From: Planctopirus limnophila DSM 3776 | Lineage (GTDB): Bacteria; Planctomycetota; Planctomycetia; Planctomycetales; Planctomycetaceae | Length of the DNA stretch: 32,000 nt | NCBI RefSeq assembly: GCF_000092105.1 | Contig: NC_014148.1 | Coordinates: 4,020,001-4,052,000 of the forward strand | Direction: 5' to 3' | Shown: positions 25,722 through 32,000 of the stretch, one piece after another | Layout of the letters: each line of letters opens with the position of its first letter | Numbering within the stretch: position 1 is the stretch's first letter | Program-made: the position numbers and the translations under genes | The notes under the pieces: generated by a model | Databases searched by the model: none | Told to the model about the DNA's origin: nothing | The model's input: only the letters and a program-made list of their open reading frames with translations

Positions 25722-27344
25722 TCAACACTCGATCAGCCAGATCAATCCCACGCTGGTTAATGCCGCCATCGTCATCGCTAAGAAGGTCCCCAGCGACAAA
25801 TCATTGACTCGATCGACACGGATTGCTTGTGGTTGACCCAGGTTGATCCCCTTCGCTTCCAGTTCTGGTAAAGCCGGGATTCTTGCCCTTCCCCAGAGCA
25901 GCTTCAACACCAGATTCAGCAGCGTCGAAATCAGAATCATCCAGCTCACCAACACACCAGCTACCCACCATGTGGACTCATTCATCAGTAAACCAGACAG
26001 TTGCCACATCCCCACACCGATTGCTCCCGGAACTCCCCCAGCCAGCAACCAACCGGCGACCCCCAGCATCTGCGACCAGCGCGGAATTTTTTGCGATAAC
26101 CCACCCCAGGCATCCAGTTCCCGGCCCACATACTGCCTCTCCAGATGGTGCAGGAGCAACAGCATGACAGCCCCGCTCAACAGCGAACCCAGCACCAGGA
26201 GAGCTGCCACATCACCGACAGTATCACCACCCGCCCCAATACATCGGGCAACCATTCCCAATTGCTGCACTGCCAGCACTGTATAGCCCACAATCTTCCG
26301 CAGATCACTCTGAGAAATCGCCAGACACGCCATCCAGAGAGCACCACACAAAGCCACACCACCCCACCAACCCGGCAATCCCTGCCCATGACCGGCAAAT
26401 AAAGGGACCAGCACAGTCGATACATACCAGAGGCTGCTCATCGCCAACCCGCTGGTCAGTAAGATGGTGAGTGGCAAAGATTGACCTGTAACCAGCGATC
26501 CCCACCAGCCATGCATCGGGAATAATCCGGCACGAATCCAGAGGCCCAGCCCTAATAGAAACAGAACCATGCCCGAAGTTGTCGACCACACTCGCGATGA
26601 CATTTCATTCTGCTGACTCCACAGCGCGATCTGGCTGATCAGTTCACTCCAGCGATACTCCGCCGGTGGTGCCACTGGCACAAGATCAGCCTTCAGCGGA
26701 GAAGAAATCGCCGACAGCAGCAGCATCGCGAGCATCAGGCATACACTCGCCACCCCCTGCCAGATCAACGTCGCTGTCAGTTCACTCTTCGACTCTCTTC
26801 CGGAAACAGCCACAGCCCGACCGGCTGAATCGTTACGAGCCACCTTATGCTCGATCATCAACCCCCACAGCCCCACCAGCCAGCCCACATCGAAAGAGAA
26901 CAGACTCCATCTCCAGTCCGTGGCCAGCCAGCTCCCGGTCCAGCATGTCTGCACAAAAAAAATCACCAGCCAGCGGTCTTCATAAAAATCATCGCCCCTC
27001 TCCCACTTCGGTAGAGAACGCTGCTTCGAAAAAATCTTCTCCGTCGAGCTGATCAAAGCCACCAGCAACGACAGCACAAAGACCATCAGCCAGGAGAAAT
27101 CATCGCTCGATATCAAACGGCTCAACTCGCCAGAGCCACTGAACCCAGAACCATGCCACCACGGAGCCCACAGCAATGCCACAAACCACAGACTCACGTT
27201 GAACCACGGGAGCAGAGGCAATATACACCGCACACCCCCTGCTGAGGCTGGCCAGACCTTTGTTACCAGCAGGATAAGTATCCCCACAAGTGGCAGCAGG
27301 CTGGCTAAAAGTGCCATCAGCAATAGCCATTCTGGCACGATCAT
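25722..27344 (-). CDS. Diverged antiporter-like (NuoM/NuoN/MrpD-type) polytopic membrane protein
   Basis: 540-aa ORF with ATG at 27344. Residual motifs: IRAGLFPMHGWWGSLVTGQSLPLTILL (cf. K..PFH.WLPDA..GAPTP.S) and AISQSDLRKIVGYTVLAVQQLG (cf. Q.D.KR.LAYSS..H.G). Confidence 0.65.
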   Translation of the reverse strand: MIVPEWLLLMALLASLLPLVGILILLVTKVWPASAGGVRCILPLLPWFNVSLWFVALLWAPWWHGSGFSGSGELSRLISSDDFSWLMVFVLSLLVALISSTEKIFSKQRSLPKWERGDDFYEDRWLVIFFVQTCWTGSWLATDWRWSLFSFDVGWLVGLWGLMIEHKVARNDSAGRAVAVSGRESKSELTATLIWQGVASVCLMLAMLLLSAISSPLKADLVPVAPPAEYRWSELISQIALWSQQNEMSSRVWSTTSGMVLFLLGLGLWIRAGLFPMHGWWGSLVTGQSLPLTILLTSGLAMSSLWYVSTVLVPLFAGHGQGLPGWWGGVALCGALWMACLAISQSDLRKIVGYTVLAVQQLGMVARCIGAGGDTVGDVAALLVLGSLLSGAVMLLLLHHLERQYVGRELDAWGGLSQKIPRWSQMLGVAGWLLAGGVPGAIGVGMWQLSGLLMNESTWWVAGVLVSWMILISTLLNLVLKLLWGRARIPALPELEAKGINLGQPQAIRVDRVNDLSLGTFLAMTMAALTSVGLIWLIEC

Positions 27345-27383
27345 TCCTTTGTCACAGCAGGTGGCAGCCAGCAGTCCTCAAAC

Positions 27384-29660
27384 TCAACGTCTCACAAACA
27401 ATAGCAGCCATAAACTGGCAGTCAGCACCAGCATGGTCATGTAAAGCGACAGTTGGCCAGTGTGCAACCCTCTGAGCCACATTCCAGCCTGTACTCCCAG
27501 CGAGCCGACCCGTTGCCAGCAACCATCAATGACCAACCAATCACCCAGTCGCACCAGTTGGGCGATCCCTCGCACCGGGAGATGGATTCCCCAGAAGAAC
27601 AACTTCTCCACCAGCAGATGGTCTCGCCCCAGTTCCAGAAATGGCTTCATGATCTCTCCGCAGGTTCGCCATGCGAGCTTAGGGACGGTTCCGCTTCCTA
27701 AAAGGATGGCCAGTAGACCCCCTGTCAGTACCGTGCTCGCAATCAGCAGATGTCCCACACGCCACGGAACTTGACCGTGTTCGATGAAGGAGAGGAAGAA
27801 TTCCCCAGGGACTGCGAGCAAAATGTAAACCCCCATCAGGAAACAGCTCGCCACGAAAAGGGCCCATCCTCCAGAACTTGACCCACGCTCAACCTCTCGG
27901 GTGGCAGGCCACAGGAGACCCATTGTCAGCCACAGCATGCCCAGCAGGATTGCCATTTGCTGCCAGAGCTTGACTCCTTCCAGATCGATGGGCAGCCAGG
28001 CCAGACTCAACCACCCCACGCCCATCCACCATCGATTCTGTCCAACGGGACTGATCAGCCACCATGCTCCCAGCACCCAGCCTGACAGCCACGAATATCG
28101 AGACCACACTTCACTCCAGTCGATCTCCGTGAATGATAAATCGGCGACACCTCCCTCACCCGCCTGACCAGCCAGTTGAAAAAACTGAAAAACTGCCAGG
28201 CTCAACAAAGTGGCAAGCAACAAAGTGCATCGACCAGAATCGGACCACTGCTCGTTCCAGCCAGCGTTTTTCCAACCAGCGCTATTCTGAGGCCCCTGAA
28301 TTCCACTGAGATTCTGTTCAAGCACTCCGGCCCGACCCGGCACACGATCAATTCTGGCTTCATCCGCAGGTACAGCCAGCACTCTTCCAGAAAGAAACAT
28401 CCAGCCGCACAAAACCACCGATATCGAACTAAGTTGTGATGCCAACTCCCGCCCCGCTGAACCTCCCGCCAGCGAAGCCTGAGCCATCAAAGGCCAGCTG
28501 CGCTCCAGCAGCAACACACCCGCACCAGCACTCAACACAGCCACTGCCAATGCCAGTCGGGAAGGGGCTCGTTCCGCCACCTTGGTCCCACGTTCCCCTG
28601 CAGGCAATTCCGCGATCGCCCCGGCAGACAACATCGCCGGAAACAAAAACAGCTTCGGTAAACACCCCAAAAACCAGCAGAGAATTCCCATCTCCAGCAG
28701 CCCAAACTCATAACTCCCCGGCAGCGCGACCTTCACCCTCTCCAGATCTTCAAACCCATGAATGCGAAATCCCTGCACCAGCAGCATGGCAGCGACCAGC
28801 AGCAGCAAATCTCCCGGCAACTGATGCAATAGCCATCTCTGCAGCGAGATCAGCACTCGTGGAATCGATGTGGTTCGATCTCCCCATGCGAACTGATAGA
28901 GCAACACAGCCAAGGTGATCAGATGGGCTCCCACAATCAGCAACACCAGCGGGCTGGCCATCGCCAGCAGCACCAGCCCCAGCAAACCGACGGAAACACC
29001 CAGGGCAGCCATCTTGCCAGGAATCTCTCCGGCGACGGCTGTCGGAACCTGTGCCATGTCGGCACTGGCTGCATTCTCAGAACGGGTCAGGCCCCGGTAT
29101 CGAGCCCCATGCTCTCCGATCATCAATGCCAGGCCTACTCCACAAAGTATGGCCAGAATCGCCATTCGAAGAGGGCTGATTTCCAGAAATCTGACTGCGT
29201 GACTGGAGTTGCCGTCTTCAATCCTCACTTCTCCAGATTCGACCATCGGCAAGACGCGAGAAACCACCCTCCAGACTTCGTTCGAAATCTCTAGAGAAGT
29301 CTCATTGGCAGCAATGAATTGAGCTGGATTTCGGTCCCATCCACCCTCCCACACGGCACTCGCCAGAGCCAGCACACCGGTGATGAACCAGACCAGCAGA
29401 CTTCCCCTCCAGACCCAACTCAGGCTGTAAGACACGTCCCCCTCAGAAGTCGCGTGCTGTGTCACCTGCTGGAAGCCTGGAGCCAGCACGTCCCCACCGT
29501 TTTCCACGCGCAGAGTCATTTCCTCACGCCGCTGCAGACGGCGATTGGCAGAAATCGTCGGCTTCGCAGGCAACAACGCCAGCATGACTACCCAACAGAG
29601 GGGAATCGCCAGCAGAGTGAGACAGATCATCCCTGAAATCGACGGCACGACCACTGACAA
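27384..29660 (-). CDS. Diverged NuoL/MrpA-like polytopic membrane protein (~750 aa)
   Basis: The ORF opens with TTG 29660, just after AGGAGGGG. GTG 29654 and ATG 29630 are alternative starts. Residual motifs: LPKLFLFPAML...APSRLALAVAVLSAGAGVLLLER (cf. K.[32 protein letters not shown]..R). The C-terminal LGDWLVIDGCWQRVGSL..WLRGLHTGQLSLYMTMLVL resembles the NuoL C-terminal element. Confidence 0.65.
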   Translation of the reverse strand: MSVVVPSISGMICLTLLAIPLCWVVMLALLPAKPTISANRRLQRREEMTLRVENGGDVLAPGFQQVTQHATSEGDVSYSLSWVWRGSLLVWFITGVLALASAVWEGGWDRNPAQFIAANETSLEISNEVWRVVSRVLPMVESGEVRIEDGNSSHAVRFLEISPLRMAILAILCGVGLALMIGEHGARYRGLTRSENAASADMAQVPTAVAGEIPGKMAALGVSVGLLGLVLLAMASPLVLLIVGAHLITLAVLLYQFAWGDRTTSIPRVLISLQRWLLHQLPGDLLLLVAAMLLVQGFRIHGFEDLERVKVALPGSYEFGLLEMGILCWFLGCLPKLFLFPAMLSAGAIAELPAGERGTKVAERAPSRLALAVAVLSAGAGVLLLERSWPLMAQASLAGGSAGRELASQLSSISVVLCGWMFLSGRVLAVPADEARIDRVPGRAGVLEQNLSGIQGPQNSAGWKNAGWNEQWSDSGRCTLLLATLLSLAVFQFFQLAGQAGEGGVADLSFTEIDWSEVWSRYSWLSGWVLGAWWLISPVGQNRWWMGVGWLSLAWLPIDLEGVKLWQQMAILLGMLWLTMGLLWPATREVERGSSSGGWALFVASCFLMGVYILLAVPGEFFLSFIEHGQVPWRVGHLLIASTVLTGGLLAILLGSGTVPKLAWRTCGEIMKPFLELGRDHLLVEKLFFWGIHLPVRGIAQLVRLGDWLVIDGCWQRVGSLGVQAGMWLRGLHTGQLSLYMTMLVLTASLWLLLFVRR

Positions 29661-29684
29661 TCCCCTCCTGTCCGGAAACCGGGC

Positions 29685-30056
29685 CTACTGGAACGCAGCT
29701 CGATCAGCCAGCCGAGCGGCTCCTTCCTGAGCCACTGACTCTTCGTACTGTAAAGCCTGCTGCTGGTATAGGCCGCGATCAGTTTCTTCGGGTTCTGCGG
29801 AGGTTCCTGCGAGCTGATCCCCAGGGGATACTTTCGAAACACTCCAAGCCCGCAGGATCATCAGCCAACCCAGACACAGCAAAACGCCCGACAGGAGCCC
29901 CCTCCCATCCGGATGGGCCGCAGGCCGGCTGAGCATCAGGATTGTCATTCCCAGAAATGCCACCGCGAGACTGCTGACCTGCTCTGAAAATCTTCCAGCC
30001 AACCCACGGGAAAGTCCCACACAAATCATGACCAGACCGGCACTTCCCATCAGCAT
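29685..30056 (-). CDS. Small membrane protein (123 aa, 2-3 TM helices plus acidic/Gln-rich tail) in the NuoK position
   Basis: ATG at 30056 is preceded by GGAGGAG at ~6-nt spacing. It overlaps the upstream stop as ATGCTGA. The longer frame to 30152 would overlap the upstream gene by ~100 nt. Hydrophobic segments: MLMGSAGLVMICVGLSRGLAG, VSSLAVAFLGMTILML, LLSGVLLCLGWLMILRAW. Confidence 0.55.
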   Translation of the reverse strand: MLMGSAGLVMICVGLSRGLAGRFSEQVSSLAVAFLGMTILMLSRPAAHPDGRGLLSGVLLCLGWLMILRAWSVSKVSPGDQLAGTSAEPEETDRGLYQQQALQYEESVAQEGAARLADRAAFQ

Positions 30057-30784
30057 GGCAACTCCTCCGCCTCGGCCATCCCTGCCGAAGATCGCCCGGA
30101 CTTCCAGACAATGCCCACTCCAATCATCAGGAGTAACAGCCCGGCTGGCCATTCTTCATCCATGCGAAACCCGCTCTGTTCGATAGCGGGCGAATTTTCA
30201 TGCATACGACCATCTGCCGAAATCATGAGGGCCGAAAACAACAGGATCGCTGCCGCCAGAGCACTGATCGTCATACGAAATCGCACCAGAATCGCAGGAG
30301 ATTTCACTAGGTTCATTGAGCCCTGGGCAACTGCCGATGGAGCGTGCGATGCAACCGGAAAAAACTGCGGAGTGTTAGCAGAGACGATGTACAGCACCAT
30401 CGTACCTGCCAAAGCCATCACTCCACTTTCCCAAACTTTTCCTTCCAGAAGTGTCCCTAAGGCGGCACAGATCATTCCCCCCGCCAGAAACAACAAACTG
30501 ACGATTCTCGATCGAGGGGAGGCACAGCGATACGTCGCCCACGCACCCACCAGTGCCACAGTGGCGAACCAGCACAGATCAGCCGGGCGGGAAATCTCGA
30601 ATGTGGAGCTTTGACCTTTAGTCAGCTCCCAAAGTATGGCCATAAGTCCCATGACGACGACCACACATCCCAGAGAACTCACCACCAGCCGACGTGACCA
30701 ACTGGCAGCTCCCCACGCCAGCCCGACGACCACTGGCCAGAAGAGCTCGACTTGTTCCGTGATGTTCAAAGCCAACGAGATCAT
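30050..30784 (-). CDS. Polytopic membrane protein (244 aa) in the NuoJ position
   Basis: ATG at 30784. There are about 6-7 hydrophobic helices. The segment SRIVSLLFLAGGMICAALGTLLEGKVWESGVMALAGTMVLYIV loosely resembles the NuoJ core (..saL.L...f...A.l.llL.a.FlA..q..VYaGAimVLf). This is a weak assignment. Confidence 0.5.
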   Translation of the reverse strand: MISLALNITEQVELFWPVVVGLAWGAASWSRRLVVSSLGCVVVVMGLMAILWELTKGQSSTFEISRPADLCWFATVALVGAWATYRCASPRSRIVSLLFLAGGMICAALGTLLEGKVWESGVMALAGTMVLYIVSANTPQFFPVASHAPSAVAQGSMNLVKSPAILVRFRMTISALAAAILLFSALMISADGRMHENSPAIEQSGFRMDEEWPAGLLLLMIGVGIVWKSGRSSAGMAEAEELPC

Positions 30785-30908
30785 CTTTCCGCCCGGACTT
30801 CTTTCGAAAGAACCTGATTCCGTTTACCCAGTCTTTTCCAGACTGTGATCTCGATCTGAGAAAAAACCATCGCGCACTCTCTGCAACAAATTCACCCTGA
30901 TAAAAAAC

Positions 30909-31778
30909 TCAGAGGGGCCCTTCAGGAGCAGGCCCACCGCGCCGCCAGGCTTCTGCGGCTTGAGCACACGCTGCGATTCTTTGCCGGACGAGTTCAATCA
31001 GTTCGGCATCCTGTTGCTTGCTGTAAGCGGCAATCTCCTCGGGCAGAATGGGCTTCCCAAAGACGACACGCACCCGCCGGGGACGCAACATCAGTTTGCC
31101 TCGTGGCAGAGCGAGATTGGCTCCCGCAATCCCTGCAGGATAAACAGGGACTTTCCCGCGTCGCATCAGGGCCAGAAAACCTGGTTTCAGTGGCCCCATT
31201 TCTCCATCGACCGATCGTGTCCCCTCAGGAAAAATTCCCACTAGAAACCCCTGTTCGAGACGGTGCTGCATTTCCCTCAGGCTTCCCGCACGAGCCGCAT
31301 CTCGATCAATCGGCACCACATAAACCTTCCTTAAGAAGGCTCCCAGAAACCGCTTTTCAAACAAGGTGCTGCGCGCCAGATAGGTGACGGGCCGACTAAA
31401 CGCCAGTGGTAACAGCAAAGGATCGAGCATGCTCTGATGATTGCTCAAGATCAGCCCACCCTCTAAGTTATTGAACTGCTCCGATCCACTCACCCGGTAA
31501 CCCATCCAGGGGTAGAACACCATTCGGAAGACCATCTGGCAATAAAACCAGACCCGATGCCGCTGAACTCCAAGCGGCAACCCGGGAGGTGGAACAGGTT
31601 GTGGTTCAGCAACTTGTTGGCATGGCGCAGAAACAGCCGCCGGTTCGTTCGCCCCCGCTGCTACAGAGGCTGCTGGCTCATGATTGACCACATCGTTAGG
31701 AGTGGTCGAGGGAAGACCGGTATTGTCCACGCTCACGTCTTTCTTCGTCGATTCTGGCAAATAAACTAGGCTGGCCAT
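30909..31778 (-). CDS. 1-acyl-sn-glycerol-3-phosphate (lysophospholipid) acyltransferase family protein (PlsC-like)
   Basis: Motifs seen: HX4D (LSNHQSMLDP), VTYLARSTLF, and FPEGTRS (GIFPEGTRSVDG). The start is ATG 31778 or GTG 31811. The N-terminal ~90 aa are Pro/Ala/Val-rich and precede a hydrophobic segment. Confidence 0.8.
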   Translation of the reverse strand: MASLVYLPESTKKDVSVDNTGLPSTTPNDVVNHEPAASVAAGANEPAAVSAPCQQVAEPQPVPPPGLPLGVQRHRVWFYCQMVFRMVFYPWMGYRVSGSEQFNNLEGGLILSNHQSMLDPLLLPLAFSRPVTYLARSTLFEKRFLGAFLRKVYVVPIDRDAARAGSLREMQHRLEQGFLVGIFPEGTRSVDGEMGPLKPGFLALMRRGKVPVYPAGIAGANLALPRGKLMLRPRRVRVVFGKPILPEEIAAYSKQQDAELIELVRQRIAACAQAAEAWRRGGPAPEGPL

Positions 31779-32000
31779 CAATCTCAAGTGGAAAACATGC
31801 TGTCCAACCACCGAGAATCAATTCGCCAGAACAGTAACAGAACTCGGGTTGTGTCGAAATCCCTTTGGATTCATAGTCTCAGGACAACGGCATTCATTTC
31901 TCGCAGGCAGAATTGGCAATTCCCACTGGCCCGGCAATCATGCTCTATTCACCCATCGAATCGCAGCCATCGAACTTCAAGAGGCAGACCGGTATGTCTT

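Noticed and set aside
24548-29636. Many 60-210-aa ORFs on both strands inside the membrane-protein genes (for example 24553-25182, 25209-25760, 26666-27052, 28436-28918)
   Set aside because: All are nested in or antisense to the long hydrophobic ORFs. They are Pro/Arg/Ser/Thr-rich, as expected from the complement of Trp/Gly/Leu-rich coding sequence, and have no motifs or ribosome-binding sites.
29685-30152. 155-aa version of the NuoK-position ORF, overlapping the upstream gene by ~100 nt
   Set aside because: The internal ATG at 30056, preceded by GGAGGAG, gives a 7-nt coupled overlap (ATGCTGA). It also removes a non-hydrophobic, Arg/Gly-rich leader.
24147-30784. Calling the five membrane genes the canonical respiratory nuoJKLMN
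   Set aside because: The normally near-invariant motifs (PFH.[27 protein letters not shown]) are heavily substituted. In addition, the upstream neighbour is an acyltransferase rather than nuoI/nuoH. I therefore annotate them only as diverged Nuo/Mrp-like.
31940-32000. Possible plus-strand gene start (ATG 31940, MLYSPIESQPSNFKRQTGMS) at the right edge
   Set aside because: Only 20 codons are visible, which is not enough evidence.
1-32000. Search for tRNA/rRNA genes, CRISPR repeats, IS elements or transposases, integrases, and toxin-antitoxin or known defence genes
   Set aside because: Reading both strands, I saw no cloverleaf-like or rRNA-like conserved strings, no regularly spaced direct repeats, no terminal inverted repeats flanking a transposase-like ORF, and no recognisable defence-gene motifs.

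Overview
This 32-kb window is gene-dense and moderately GC-rich by eye. It most likely comes from a member of the Planctomycetota. The clearest marker is a DUF1559 protein with a prepilin-type N-terminal methylation motif. Many secreted or membrane proteins and long intergenic spacers fit the same origin. I recognise 27 protein-coding genes and one clear intrinsic terminator. I see no rRNA, tRNA, CRISPR array, transposase or integrase.

The left half (0.2-17.3 kb) is a mosaic of small units:
- a CPBP intramembrane protease followed by a DUF2891-like protein
- a secreted clan-CD (legumain/caspase-fold) protein next to a TlpA-type thioredoxin
- a DUF1559 pseudopilin-like protein, a small TM ORF and a divergent AraC regulator
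- a translationally coupled ACT-domain and PanE/ApbA-like pair
- a ~958-aa secreted protein of unknown function and a 357-aa hypothetical membrane protein
- an orphan flavin-dependent halogenase-like gene with its own terminator
- an IDI-like Nudix hydrolase

From 17.3 kb to the right edge every gene is on the minus strand. These are truD, a secreted cyclophilin, and then a ~12-kb co-directional array.

This array is the most interesting part of the window:
- It opens with a PlsC-family acyltransferase.
- Five exclusively membrane proteins follow. Their sizes, order and residual motifs mimic NuoJ-K-L-M-N (complex I / Mrp antiporter-like subunits), but the catalytic signatures are strongly degraded and no peripheral-arm genes are present.
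- It ends with an atypical FAS-II-like cassette: hotdog dehydratase, FabG, an unusually long ACP, a second hotdog dehydratase and FabF.

All functional calls rest on motifs read by eye from the ORF translations. None has been confirmed by database search.
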